NCBI GenBank assembly: GCA_021794015.1
Contig: JAJYRQ010000003.1
Span: 54,900-118,899, forward strand
Source of the DNA: Deltaproteobacteria bacterium
GTDB taxonomy: Bacteria > Desulfobacterota > Binatia > Binatales > Binataceae
Length of the DNA stretch: 64,000 nt
Direction of reading: 5' to 3'
Part shown: positions 7,827 to 17,392 of the stretch, one piece after another
How the letters are laid out: every line of letters begins with the position of its first letter
How positions within the stretch are numbered: the first letter of the stretch is position 1
Notes under the pieces: model-generated
Database searches by the model: none
Seen by the model: only the letters and a program-made list of their open reading frames with translations
What the model was told of the DNA's origin: nothing
Program-made: the position numbers and the translations under genes

Positions 7827-10406
7827 TTACCCCCACAGCGTGCGCCGGCGCAGCAGCGCTTCGGCCACCAGCAGGAGCATCGCGGCCACCACAAAGTATC
7901 GGGTAAGCGAGGTGCGCTCGGCAACTTTGCGCTGCAGGCCGGGCAGCGCGGCGATGCGCGGGTTGAAGCTCCCGTCGGTCATCCGCGCAATCCTTTCCAG
8001 CAGCAGATAATTAGGCTCGGGGCGCGGAATCTCGGCCGCGACGGCCGGGCTAAGGGCATACCCGAGCGGAGCAAGCGCCGTAGTTCTGGCGGCTGCACCC
8101 TGCAGCTCGATCGTGTATACGCCGGGACGGGGCGCAGCGAAGCTTGCGGTAAACTCGCCGGGCGCGCGCTGGTCGAGCGCGACCTGCCGTTTGTCGCCCT
8201 GCGGCATCGTCACCAGGGCGCCCTTAAGTGGCGTTCTGCCGCCGGCCGCATAGTCGATCGCCTCCAGGCGGATTCGCCCCGCGCCGTAGCCGATGGCAAT
8301 GTCGAGCTTGGGGGCGGAAGCAGCGCCAGGCGCAAGCCAATCAAGGATGCCGTTCCACACCGGGCTGAAGACGCCGCGTTCGATCCAGGGGCCCGACCAG
8401 CGCCCGCTTGCGTCGGTGGTGACGGCCAGCGCCCGGCCCTTGCCGTAATGCCAACTTGCGACGATGGGGATGCGACGGCCTGCGTTCTCGGCAAACACGT
8501 CCAGCCTGGCGGCCGGGCGCAGCTTGGTGGCAACGTAACCCTTAAGCGGCGCCAGCGGATGGCCCGCCAGCGCTCCCAACACGCGGTCCGGCTTTACGCT
8601 GTAAGGGACAATGCTGCGCTCGACCAGGGTCTTGCCTGCCGGTTGTGGACGCAGGTCCTGCAGCACCAGTTGCGGCAACTCCTTGGGGTTGTCGGTCTGA
8701 TAGAGCGCGCCGCCGCCGTACTGCACAATCGATTTGAGCAACGGCAGATTCGGCTCGCGGCCAATGGCGATTGCCGAGACGGTGATATCGCCCTCGCGCC
8801 GCATCCGGGAGACCAGATCGTAGTACATCTGCTCGGTGCCGCCGGTGCGGCCGTCGGTGAGGATCACGACGTGTCGCAAGGAGGCTTTGGCCCCGGCAAG
8901 CATCCGGCCCGCCATTTCCAGCGCCGGGAGCAGGTAGGTTTTCCCGCGCGCTCTCAGGCGCTCGACCATCTGGTCGAAGTAGCCACGGCTTTGCCCCAGC
9001 GGCTCGAGCGGTACGACCACAAAGGGCTGCGAATCGAAACCTACCACCGAAACCAGGTCATCGTCCTTGAAGCTCTTGGTGACAGTGCGCGCCGCAGCCT
9101 TGGCGTACGCAAGCTTGTCGTTGCGCCCCATCGAGCCGGACTTGTCAATCAACAGCACCACGGCGTGGCGCGCCACCTCCACCCGGGGCGGCTCCATCAC
9201 GACCGGCAGCACTTGGGCCACGGGGCTGCCGGCCCAACCGCCCAGGCCGAAACTGCGGTCGCCGCCGACCATCACCAACGAGCCGCCCGCCTTGACGTAG
9301 GCGGCCAGCGCGGCCTGGGCGCCCGCGCTAAAGTCGGCGCGCGCGACGTTGTTCAGGATGACGATGCGATAATCGGCGGCGCGCAAGTCCAGGCCTCGGC
9401 CGCGCGGGTCAAGTACCGTGGGCACGAAACCGAGCCGGCGCGCCACGGTTTCGAGCAACGAAGCGGCGCGCGCGCTGCGCGTGAGAATCAACGCATGGCG
9501 GCGCGCGCCAACGCCCACAAGCCGTTCCAGCACGTCATCCTCGGGCCAGGCGTCGCGCGCGCGGTCGGCCGCGGCAAAGCGCACGCGGTAGGAGCTGAGC
9601 CCGGCTTTTTGCGCGCGAACCACGAAGACTTCGCGCTGCTCCCCCGCCCCAACTACCACCGGCCGCACCTCGAGCAGGCGGCCGTTCTCATAAAGCGAGA
9701 GCGTTCCGCGCACCGCCACCGGGTTAAAGTTGGCCAGCGTTGCCGAAAGCGTAAACCCCGCCCCCTCAGCCACTGCGCCGGGCGCCTCCAGCGCCGCCAC
9801 TGCGACGTCGGCGAAGCCGCGCGCGCCCGGCGGCGTCAGGATGTAAACCCGCCTCTGCGCCGCGCGCAGGGCTCGCGCCGCGGCCAACGCGTCGCCGCCA
9901 TTCTCCCAGCCGTCGGTCACCAGCACCAGCGGCTGCGACGGGTCGGCCGTTTGCTGCAACCCCTGACGCAGCGCCGCTTCAAGATCGGTGCGCTGGGGCA
10001 GGCACGGAGCGCACCCGCCGTCGCTTAGCAGAAGGGCCAGCCCCCGGCCAACCGTCGTCAGCACCGGACGGCCGGCGAAAACGGATGCCGGATCGGAGTC
10101 GCCCAACCCAAGCTGTTCTTGCAAGAGCCGCCCCATCCACCGGCGCATCTCTCCCGTTACGCTGTTCGAAGCGTCCAGCATCACGAGCGCGCTGCGCGCC
10201 TCGATCATTCGCGCCAGCGCCGGCCCCAGCGTCGCGACTCCCAGCAACAGCACCACCAGGCTGCGCAAAACCGGCACCCCAAGACGCCGCGAGAGCCCGG
10301 CCGACCAGAGACCTGCCAGCAACGGCAGGGTCGCCGCGCCCGCCAGGATATAGAGGCGTACGGGGTGCGCCCAGAAGGTCTGCCGAAGAACTGCGCTCAA
10401 CTCCAT
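7827..10406 (-). CDS. Membrane-anchored von Willebrand factor A (vWA) domain protein, Bat-operon type
   Basis: 859-aa ORF with N-terminal TM helices and a vWA MIDAS context, VVLLIDKSGSMGRND ... ILTDGRTGG. It lies directly downstream of the BatA-like gene. Confidence 0.75.
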   Translation of the reverse strand: MELSAVLRQTFWAHPVRLYILAGAATLPLLAGLWSAGLSRRLGVPVLRSLVVLLLGVATLGPALARMIEARSALVMLDASNSVTGEMRRWMGRLLQEQLGLGDSDPASVFAGRPVLTTVGRGLALLLSDGGCAPCLPQRTDLEAALRQGLQQTADPSQPLVLVTDGWENGGDALAAARALRAAQRRVYILTPPGARGFADVAVAALEAPGAVAEGAGFTLSATLANFNPVAVRGTLSLYENGRLLEVRPVVVGAGEQREVFVVRAQKAGLSSYRVRFAAADRARDAWPEDDVLERLVGVGARRHALILTRSARAASLLETVARRLGFVPTVLDPRGRGLDLRAADYRIVILNNVARADFSAGAQAALAAYVKAGGSLVMVGGDRSFGLGGWAGSPVAQVLPVVMEPPRVEVARHAVVLLIDKSGSMGRNDKLAYAKAAARTVTKSFKDDDLVSVVGFDSQPFVVVPLEPLGQSRGYFDQMVERLRARGKTYLLPALEMAGRMLAGAKASLRHVVILTDGRTGGTEQMYYDLVSRMRREGDITVSAIAIGREPNLPLLKSIVQYGGGALYQTDNPKELPQLVLQDLRPQPAGKTLVERSIVPYSVKPDRVLGALAGHPLAPLKGYVATKLRPAARLDVFAENAGRRIPIVASWHYGKGRALAVTTDASGRWSGPWIERGVFSPVWNGILDWLAPGAASAPKLDIAIGYGAGRIRLEAIDYAAGGRTPLKGALVTMPQGDKRQVALDQRAPGEFTASFAAPRPGVYTIELQGAAARTTALAPLGYALSPAVAAEIPRPEPNYLLLERIARMTDGSFNPRIAALPGLQRKVAERTSLTRYFVVAAMLLLVAEALLRRRTLWG

Positions 10407-10411
10407 CGCGC

Positions 10412-12196
10412 TTAGACAACCGCCCGCGCCCCGCGCCGCCGGTAAAGTAGCAGCGCCTCGAACAACGCCAGCGCAAGCGCCGACCAGAGCAGCGCTCCGG
10501 CCAGCGAAACCCGAGGCGGCGGCGAAGCCGACTCAGGCTTCGGCCCGAGCGCCAGCGGCGCAACCTCCTCCAGGTCCGACTCGCCCGGATCGCCCAGGTT
10601 GACGGCGCGCAACTCGACTGTACCCTCGGGACCGAGCAGCCGGTAAACCCCTTGCAGCGCCGGCGTAAACGAGCTTCCTTCGCGCACCCCGGTTGCGCTC
10701 CCGTCGGGCGCCATGATTCGCGTCACGCCGGAGGGCACCCGCCACGGCTGCCCGGTGCGCAGCAGCCGTTCTTGTCCGCCCAACTCGCCCAGTTGGGCCA
10801 GTACGTTCAGCGTCAGTACGGAGAGCGGCAGGTTCCTGCGCCCGCGATAGGGAAAAGGGTCAAAGCCAAGCACCACAAAACGGCGGCCCCAGCGCCGCCC
10901 GGCCAGGATCAGCCCGCCCCGGGCGCCGCGCGCCACGGTTCGAAGCCACCGATGGGGCAGAAAATACTCGCCGGCCCCCGGGTCGAGAAGGTCTGCATTG
11001 ACCGATTCCGTCAGCGGGTCGGTCTGCGGCCATTCGGTGATTCGAAGATGCGCCGCAGACGCGGCCTCGAGGCCGAAAAGCAGGTCACCCGCCGGCGGCA
11101 CCACCAGCATCGTGTCGACCGGCGGCCGGATGCGTGGGACGGCATATTCGAAAACCGCGAGGTCGGCCCCGGCAAAGTCGGCCGGCGAGAAGCTTGCGGC
11201 CGCCAAGCTGCGAACTTTCACGCCGGGCAGCAAGGCCAGCGAGGCACCGTGCTCCGGCGTCGGGCTGACGAAAACGACCGTCAACTCGCGACCTTGCCTG
11301 CCTACGGCGTAAGCGACGTTGTCCAGCGCAAAGCCGTCGTCGGGTTTAAGCCGGGCGCGGTAGACCTGAGCCGCAGCCACCGCCGGAAACCTCACACTCA
11401 CCATCTGGCGGCCGGCCAGGCGCACCTCGGTCCTGCCCAGTGATTTGCCGTCGCCCTCGAGGCTCACCTCGAGCGTTGCCGGAGCGAGGCCGAAATTCGC
11501 CACGCTGACGTGCGCCTGGAGAGCCGTGTTTGCCAGCCCGCCCCCTTCCAGCCCGAACGCGGTGAGGGCGTAGTTGGACTGCGGGCCACCCACGGTTATC
11601 GCCTCGATCCCGCGCGGCGCCGGCGCGGCCAGCCGATGGCGGCTGACAAAGACGATTCGCCTGAAACGGCGCTCAGCCAAAAGCCCCCGCAGTAGCTGTG
11701 CCACCGCCTCGGGATCGTCAGGCGCGTCGCAAGGCCTAAGCCGCGCCAGCGCAGCGGCGGCCTCGGCCACGGCCAGGGAGCTGGCGACTTGCCGCGGCGT
11801 CGGCGCCGTCAGGTAAAGCGCAACAGGGCCGTCGCTGGCGCGCAGCCGGCCGAGCGCGGCGGCGCCGGCGGCGGCAAAGCCGCTTGGCTGGCCCGCCACC
11901 GCCGCTTGCATCAGGGCCGAGTTGTCCAGCACCAGGGCGGTGCCCCGCAGGCGGCCGGCAAGGTAGGGCTTCGCCAGCGCCAGCGCGGCCAGCGCCAGGA
12001 TGGCTGCTTCGAGCGCGAACCGCCAGTCAAAACGGGGGCGCCGCCGCGCCCGCGCGCCGGCTGGCAACGCAACCATCCTGAAAGGGATGATGCTCGAGAC
12101 AACCACCGGCCGCGCGGGCCGGCGCACCAGGTAGGCCAGCGCCAGCACCGGCACCAGTCCCAGCCAGGCAAGCGCGAGCGGCTCGAGCAGGCCCAC
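10412..12196 (-). CDS. BatA-like protein (N-terminal double-transmembrane aerotolerance-regulator domain)
   Basis: 594-aa ORF. The N-terminus MGLLEPLALAWLGLVPVLALAYLVRRPARPVVVSSIIPF matches the BatA N-terminal domain pattern. A C-terminal TM helix is present. Confidence 0.65.
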   Translation of the reverse strand: MGLLEPLALAWLGLVPVLALAYLVRRPARPVVVSSIIPFRMVALPAGARARRRPRFDWRFALEAAILALAALALAKPYLAGRLRGTALVLDNSALMQAAVAGQPSGFAAAGAAALGRLRASDGPVALYLTAPTPRQVASSLAVAEAAAALARLRPCDAPDDPEAVAQLLRGLLAERRFRRIVFVSRHRLAAPAPRGIEAITVGGPQSNYALTAFGLEGGGLANTALQAHVSVANFGLAPATLEVSLEGDGKSLGRTEVRLAGRQMVSVRFPAVAAAQVYRARLKPDDGFALDNVAYAVGRQGRELTVVFVSPTPEHGASLALLPGVKVRSLAAASFSPADFAGADLAVFEYAVPRIRPPVDTMLVVPPAGDLLFGLEAASAAHLRITEWPQTDPLTESVNADLLDPGAGEYFLPHRWLRTVARGARGGLILAGRRWGRRFVVLGFDPFPYRGRRNLPLSVLTLNVLAQLGELGGQERLLRTGQPWRVPSGVTRIMAPDGSATGVREGSSFTPALQGVYRLLGPEGTVELRAVNLGDPGESDLEEVAPLALGPKPESASPPPRVSLAGALLWSALALALFEALLLYRRRGARAVV

Positions 12197-12206
12197 TGTG
12201 CATACC

Positions 12207-13106
12207 TCAGTGGGCCAGTCCCAGGTCGGTCACGGCGCGCATGAAGAAGGTGGTGAAAGGCTCGCTGGTGACATAGAGCGCGTAGCGCAGACCGTGGCGC
12301 AGGCAGAAGGCCTTCAGCTCGCGCGAAAAGCGCGCAAGCGCCCGCTGCAAGGCGCTTCGCTCCTGCGTGCCGAGCGTCACCACCGCGCGCTCGCCGGTCT
12401 CGACGTCGCGCACCTCGACCTCTCCGCTGAGATCGGCGCTCTCCAGTTCCAGCCCGCCCAACACCTGGACCGCGGTGGCGTCCACGTTGGCCCCGGTCAG
12501 CAGGCGCAACCCGTCGGTCAACGCCCGGGGCGCCATCAGGAAATCCGACACCAGGAAGACCTTGCCCGCGCGGCGCACAAGCGCAAGCTCGCGCGCCAGC
12601 GCGGCCGGCAGGTCGAGACCCCCCGCCGGACGCACCGCGCTTAGATAAGCAGCCAGGTCGGCGATGCGATGGCGCCCCTTAACCATGCCCGGCGACGCCG
12701 GCAAAGCCGTGCCGCCCAGCACGCGCACCATGACCCGGTCGCCGGAGGCCAGCGCCACATAGGCCAGCGCGAGCGCCGCGGCGCGGGCGAAGTCGAATTT
12801 ACGGTCGGCCTGCGGGCAGGCCATCGAAGCGCTGGCGTCGACGAAGAGCTGCGTCAGCAGGTCTTCCTCTTCCTTGAACAGCTTGACGTAGAGACGGTCG
12901 GTGCGCGCGAACAAGTTCCAGTCGACGTAGCGCAGGTCGTCGCCGTCCGAATAGTGGCCGAAGCCGGCGAACTCCAGCGACGAGCCGCGCCGGGGCGAGA
13001 GGTGGCTGCCCTTGCCCATGCCCTGCAGCTCGCGCCTGGTCTTGAGGCGCAAATGTTCGAGCCGGCTCAAAAAGTCCGCGCTGAATTCGGCCGGTAGTCC
13101 GAGCAT
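12207..13106 (-). CDS. DUF58 domain protein (MoxR-associated, vWA-like)
   Basis: 299-aa ORF with GSHLSPRRGSSLEFAGFGHYSDGDDLRYVDWNLFART, the signature DUF58 segment. It is positioned after moxR. Confidence 0.85.
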   Translation of the reverse strand: MLGLPAEFSADFLSRLEHLRLKTRRELQGMGKGSHLSPRRGSSLEFAGFGHYSDGDDLRYVDWNLFARTDRLYVKLFKEEEDLLTQLFVDASASMACPQADRKFDFARAAALALAYVALASGDRVMVRVLGGTALPASPGMVKGRHRIADLAAYLSAVRPAGGLDLPAALARELALVRRAGKVFLVSDFLMAPRALTDGLRLLTGANVDATAVQVLGGLELESADLSGEVEVRDVETGERAVVTLGTQERSALQRALARFSRELKAFCLRHGLRYALYVTSEPFTTFFMRAVTDLGLAH

Positions 13107-13113
13107 GGGCGGC

Positions 13114-14130
13114 TTAACGACGGGCCGGACGCACGCGCTTGAGCACTTGCTCGAGAATGGAGTCGGTGGTCACGTTCTCCGCCTCGGCCTGGAAGTTGCG
13201 CAGCAGGCGATGGCGCAGGGCGGGCAGCGCAACGTCCATGATATCGCCGTAGCTCACGCTCGGCCGGCCGTCCAGCAAGGCATTCACTTTGCCGCCCAGA
13301 ATCAGCGCCTGCGCCCCGCGCGGACTGGGACCCAGACGCAGGTAACGCGACACCTCCGGCAGCGCCTCGGCCGCTTCGGGCGTACAGGCGCTGACAATCG
13401 CAATGGCCAGCCGCTCCTGCGGCTCCTCGCTGATAACGGCGCGCACCAGCGTCTTGAGCTCTTCGATCCGGGCCGGCGCCACGGCCGGATCGAACACGGG
13501 ACGTACGCGGTACGCCTGCGCCCCGGTGGTGCGTCTTAGAATCTCCCGGAGTTCTTCGGGGCGGGGCGAATTCATTATCATCTTGAACAGGAACCGGTCC
13601 ATCTGCGCCTCGGGCAACGGATAGGTCCCTTCCAATTCAATCGGGTTCTGAGTTGCCAGGACAAAAAACGGCGCCTCCAGCCGATGGGTCGCGCCGAAGA
13701 CGGTCACCTGCCGCTCTTCCATCGCTTCCAGCACGGCCGACTGCGTCTTGGGCGTGGCGCGGTTGACCTCGTCGCCGAGCACCACGTTGGCGAAGATCGG
13801 GCCGGGCCGAAAACGGAACTGCCGCTGCCCGTCGCGTTCCTCCAGCACCTGCGTTCCGATGATGTCCGAGGGCATCAGGTCGGGCGTAAACTGGATACGC
13901 TTGAAGCTTAGCCCCAGCACTTCGGCCGCGGTCTTCATCAGCAGGGTCTTGCCCACGCCGGGCACGCCCTCGATGAGTACGTGACCGCCGCAGAAGAGCG
14001 CGGTCAAAACTTTGCGCACGACATCGGCGTAGCCCACCACGACCCGGCCGATCTCCGCCTCGGCGCCGCTGAAGAGCCGGCGGAACTCTTCCGCCTGACG
14101 GTTGACTGACGGTTGCAGCGCCGCGCCCAT
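13114..14130 (-). CDS. MoxR-family AAA+ ATPase
   Basis: 338-aa ORF with Walker A GVPGVGKTLL, a Walker B context (VLGDEVNRA) and the MoxR-typical QFTPDLMPSDIIG. Confidence 0.9.
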   Translation of the reverse strand: MGAALQPSVNRQAEEFRRLFSGAEAEIGRVVVGYADVVRKVLTALFCGGHVLIEGVPGVGKTLLMKTAAEVLGLSFKRIQFTPDLMPSDIIGTQVLEERDGQRQFRFRPGPIFANVVLGDEVNRATPKTQSAVLEAMEERQVTVFGATHRLEAPFFVLATQNPIELEGTYPLPEAQMDRFLFKMIMNSPRPEELREILRRTTGAQAYRVRPVFDPAVAPARIEELKTLVRAVISEEPQERLAIAIVSACTPEAAEALPEVSRYLRLGPSPRGAQALILGGKVNALLDGRPSVSYGDIMDVALPALRHRLLRNFQAEAENVTTDSILEQVLKRVRPARR

Positions 14131-14139
14131 CGGCTTCGA

Positions 14140-15615
14140 CTAACGGATGAGGTCCTGGTAGCGCGGCGGGATATTCTGGCGCGCTCTCAGCGCCAGTTCC
14201 GGCTCGCCTGAGCCAAGGCCGGCCCGCGTGTACGGAGTCTTTGCCGTCGCTCTCTCGCTCCCTGCCATCAAGCGGCCTCCTGCCCCTGCCGACAGCACCC
14301 CGGCGGGGAGCTGAAAGGTGACGTAACGCGCGTCCTGGACGGCAAGCTTGGGGCCATGCTCGCCCGGCCGGTAGAACCTGGCGGGGTTGCCCGGCGAAGG
14401 AAACTCGCCCGGACGGGTGTCGCCGAGGGAGCCTCCTTTGCCGCGCTGCGGCTGGCGGTTTTTCGCTTCGTCGCTTGCCGAGCGGCCCCGGCTGGCGGGC
14501 TTGTCACCGGCTGCGCTTTGTTGCTTGCCTGCCTGCCCGGGCCGCTCAAGTTGGTTACGCGACTTCCCGCTGGCGGCGGCTGCCTGAGCCGTCTGCCGGC
14601 CGGGGTTATCCGGGTTTTGCGCGGTTGGGATTTTCTCGCCCGAGCCGGTCTCGAGTTGAGCCTTGCTGGGCGAAGCTTCGTTTTCGAGCCGCTTTATGTC
14701 ATTGGCGGCTGCGGCGCCGGGCCGGTTGCCCTCGCCCCTTCCTGGCCCGGCCCCCTGCCCGCCTGAGCCGGTGCCTGTCCCTTGCCCTTGTCCTGCCCCT
14801 TGGCCGTGGCTGCCGGAGTACCCCGCCGGATTGCGGCCTGACACGCCTTGGGCAAAGCCGGTGGACTGATGGGGCGCCGCGCTGCGCGGTTCAAGCCCGG
14901 CTAATTGCGTCGGCTTCTCGGCGCGGGGCGCCAACGTCCTGACCAGTAGCTTGGCGGCAGCCTTGGCACCGGGCGCGAGCGCCTTGGCGACCGCCGACGA
15001 GGCGTCTTTCACTTGATGCGCCAACTGGGCGAGCGGGGCGCCCGCCCGCGACCACAGAAGCTGCGGGACAAGTCCGGCCCCCAACAGAAGCGCCGCCGCC
15101 AAAACGACGGCGCCCGCGTATGGCAGACCGCGCCGCAGTGTCAGCCCGGCGCGCAGCGCAAATGCCCGGCGGAGATCGAGGCGGTCAAGCCGGGCTGCGA
15201 CCCGCCCGCGCAGCAATGCGAAAAAAGGGCTTTGCCGAGCCTCTCGAGCCGCACGCGAGGGATCGGTCAGCACCGCGAAGGTAAGCACCTCCTGGTGGGC
15301 ATCCAGCAGCTCGTCCAATTCCCGCCCGGCATCCGCGAAGCCGCCTGCCCGCGATGCCTGTCGCCACGCCAGTGCTAGCGCCGTAGCCGCGGCGGCCAGG
15401 ACCAGACCCCAAAGCAGTTCCTCGACATAGGCGATAAAGCGCGGCCTCGCCAGCGCCTGCGCCAGCAGCGCGCCTCTCCCGCCAAGCCATCGTATCGCCA
15501 GCGCAATGGCCGCCGCGCTAAGCGCCAGCGGCGCGCTCTTAAGCAGCGTTCGGGCTGCCCCGACGCGCGCCAACCGCCGGCGCGTCTGCTCTATAACCTG
15601 CTCGGGCTCAACCAT
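14140..15615 (-). CDS. Membrane protein with long Gly/Gln/Ala-rich disordered region (first gene of the MoxR operon)
   Basis: 491-aa ORF with N-terminal TM helices, a low-complexity centre (GQGAGQGQGTGTGSGGQGAG) and a C-terminal IPPRYQDLIR tail. Its stop abuts the moxR start. Confidence 0.55.
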   Translation of the reverse strand: MVEPEQVIEQTRRRLARVGAARTLLKSAPLALSAAAIALAIRWLGGRGALLAQALARPRFIAYVEELLWGLVLAAAATALALAWRQASRAGGFADAGRELDELLDAHQEVLTFAVLTDPSRAAREARQSPFFALLRGRVAARLDRLDLRRAFALRAGLTLRRGLPYAGAVVLAAALLLGAGLVPQLLWSRAGAPLAQLAHQVKDASSAVAKALAPGAKAAAKLLVRTLAPRAEKPTQLAGLEPRSAAPHQSTGFAQGVSGRNPAGYSGSHGQGAGQGQGTGTGSGGQGAGPGRGEGNRPGAAAANDIKRLENEASPSKAQLETGSGEKIPTAQNPDNPGRQTAQAAAASGKSRNQLERPGQAGKQQSAAGDKPASRGRSASDEAKNRQPQRGKGGSLGDTRPGEFPSPGNPARFYRPGEHGPKLAVQDARYVTFQLPAGVLSAGAGGRLMAGSERATAKTPYTRAGLGSGEPELALRARQNIPPRYQDLIR

Positions 15616-16881
15616 TCACTGCCTTAAGGAAGCCCCGGAGACCGGCGCCGTGGCCAGCTCGCGGCGCGCCCGCAGTCTGGCGATCGCGCGCAGATGGCCG
15701 GCCAGCGTGCGCGAAAAAACGTGGCTGCCGTCGCGTCGCGCAACGAAATATAAGTAATCGGTCTCGGCCGGATAGAGCGTGGCCACGACCGAGGGCCACC
15801 CCGGATTGGCTATCGGCCCGGGCGGCAGCCCCGTAAAGCTGTACGTGTTGTAGGCCGAAAAGGTATGCACCGCCGCCAGCACCGGCTTCTCCTCTCCGCT
15901 CGGATTATACTGGGCCGTCGGATCGGACTGAAGCGGCATCGCGCGCCGAAGCCGGTTGGCAAAGACGCTGGCGATAAGGCGACGCTCGCCGGCAAGCCTG
16001 GCTTCCTTCTCCACCATCGAAGCGACGGTCACCAGGGCGGGCAGCGTCAGCCCCAAGGTGAAGCTCCTTTCCTCGACCGCCGGCGTAACCATCGCAAAAA
16101 ACCGCTCCAGCATCACCTGCAATATTTCCTGCGGTTCGTCGCCCAACGAAAATCGGTAGGTGGCGGGAAACAGGTAGCCTTCCGCGCCCAGCGGCTCCAA
16201 GCCAGCCGCTTTGACAACCGGCCCATGGAGCGCCGCCTGCTCGAACTCTCGCGCGCAAACCAGGCCTTGGCGCTGCAAGCGCTCGGCCACCTCGTGAACC
16301 GTCAACCCCTCGGGTAGCGTCACCCGTAGCGCTCCCGCCGAGCCGCGCACCAGGCGCTCGACAACCGTGCCAAGCCCTTCTCCGGGAGCAAAAACGTAGT
16401 CTCCCGGCTTTACTCTGACGGCTCGCCCGCTGAACTCCATGTAAAGCGAAAAAACCTTCGCGCTGGCGATAACCTGCGCGCGCTGCAACTGCCTGCCGAT
16501 GCGGGCCAGGGAGTCGCCATGCCGGACTACGACCAGGCGCGTCGAACGCCGGCTGGGCGGCGCCACGAGCAGCCGGTAGCCGCCCAGCAATATCGTCAGG
16601 AGCGTCGCGCCGATTAGCCCGGCACGCGCCGCACGAGGCACCGATCTGCTGCCCACGCCGGCGCCGGGCGCAGCGTCCTGCGGCAAGCTGATCCGACCGG
16701 CTTCCCGGTTCGGCGCGCCGGCCGACGCGTTTGCCGGCCATGCGCCGGCCTCTTCCCCGGGCACCCCGGCCGACTCCGGCTGCTGATCTGCCGGCGCGCG
16801 CGCCGGCCCCTCAGCCATGGCGTTATGGTTCGGCGCTTCGCTAGGGCCGATTTCACGTGGTTTCTCGGTCATGCGACTCAA
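15616..16881 (-). CDS. mltG: Endolytic murein transglycosylase MltG (YceG-like)
   Basis: 421-aa ORF with YceG motifs, SMVEKEA ... VFANRLRRAMPLQSDPT ... YNTYSFTGLPPGPIANPG. The exact start is uncertain because it overlaps the ruvX end. Confidence 0.85.
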   Translation of the reverse strand: MSRMTEKPREIGPSEAPNHNAMAEGPARAPADQQPESAGVPGEEAGAWPANASAGAPNREAGRISLPQDAAPGAGVGSRSVPRAARAGLIGATLLTILLGGYRLLVAPPSRRSTRLVVVRHGDSLARIGRQLQRAQVIASAKVFSLYMEFSGRAVRVKPGDYVFAPGEGLGTVVERLVRGSAGALRVTLPEGLTVHEVAERLQRQGLVCAREFEQAALHGPVVKAAGLEPLGAEGYLFPATYRFSLGDEPQEILQVMLERFFAMVTPAVEERSFTLGLTLPALVTVASMVEKEARLAGERRLIASVFANRLRRAMPLQSDPTAQYNPSGEEKPVLAAVHTFSAYNTYSFTGLPPGPIANPGWPSVVATLYPAETDYLYFVARRDGSHVFSRTLAGHLRAIARLRARRELATAPVSGASLRQ

Positions 16882-17314
16882 GCCATCTCTGCAGGATAAT
16901 AGCTGCAGCCTGAGCGTCCAGATGACAGTCCGGGCGCACTCTGCCCCTTGCCTCGCGGATCCTCTCCCTGGCCTCGCGCGTGCTCAGGCGCTCGTCCTGA
17001 AAGCTGACATTCCAACCGGTTCTGGCGGCTAGGCGCTGCCCAAAAGTCCGGGCTCGGTGCGCCCCGGTTCCCTCGGCTGCATTCATCAGAAGCGGCAAGC
17101 CGATGACCACCTCGGCAACCTCGCGACCGGCCAACAGCTTAAGGATCGCCCGAACGTCGCGTTCAAAGGAAGCTCGTTCGACGACACCCAACGGGTAGGC
17201 CGCGACTCGACCGAGGTCGCAAACCGCAACCCCTATTCTACGCGACCCGAGGTCGAGGGCTGCTACGGCTCCTGGTGCAGCGAAATTACTCATCTTGACA
17301 TCTCTAAAATGCAT
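16853..17314 (-). CDS. ruvX: Holliday junction resolvase-like RuvX (YqgF)
   Basis: ORF containing ALDLGSRRIGVAVCD and DERLSTREA, both YqgF signatures. The true start may be the internal Met at 17293. Confidence 0.85.
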   Translation of the reverse strand: MHFRDVKMSNFAAPGAVAALDLGSRRIGVAVCDLGRVAAYPLGVVERASFERDVRAILKLLAGREVAEVVIGLPLLMNAAEGTGAHRARTFGQRLAARTGWNVSFQDERLSTREARERIREARGRVRPDCHLDAQAAAIILQRWLESHDRETT

Positions 17315-17392
17315 CTAACATCGCATTGCCTCAGGGTTTTTCAAGACAACCTCTGTTGACCCATTCTCAACCATGAACTAGCTTGTTGAGCA

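Noticed and set aside
7038-10028. 996-aa plus-strand ORF, the longest ORF in the track
   Set aside because: It is antisense to the NUDIX, PRTase and vWA genes. The composition is Arg/Ala/Gly/Pro-rich with no motifs, typical of shadow ORFs in high-GC DNA. The minus-strand genes carry clear domain signatures.
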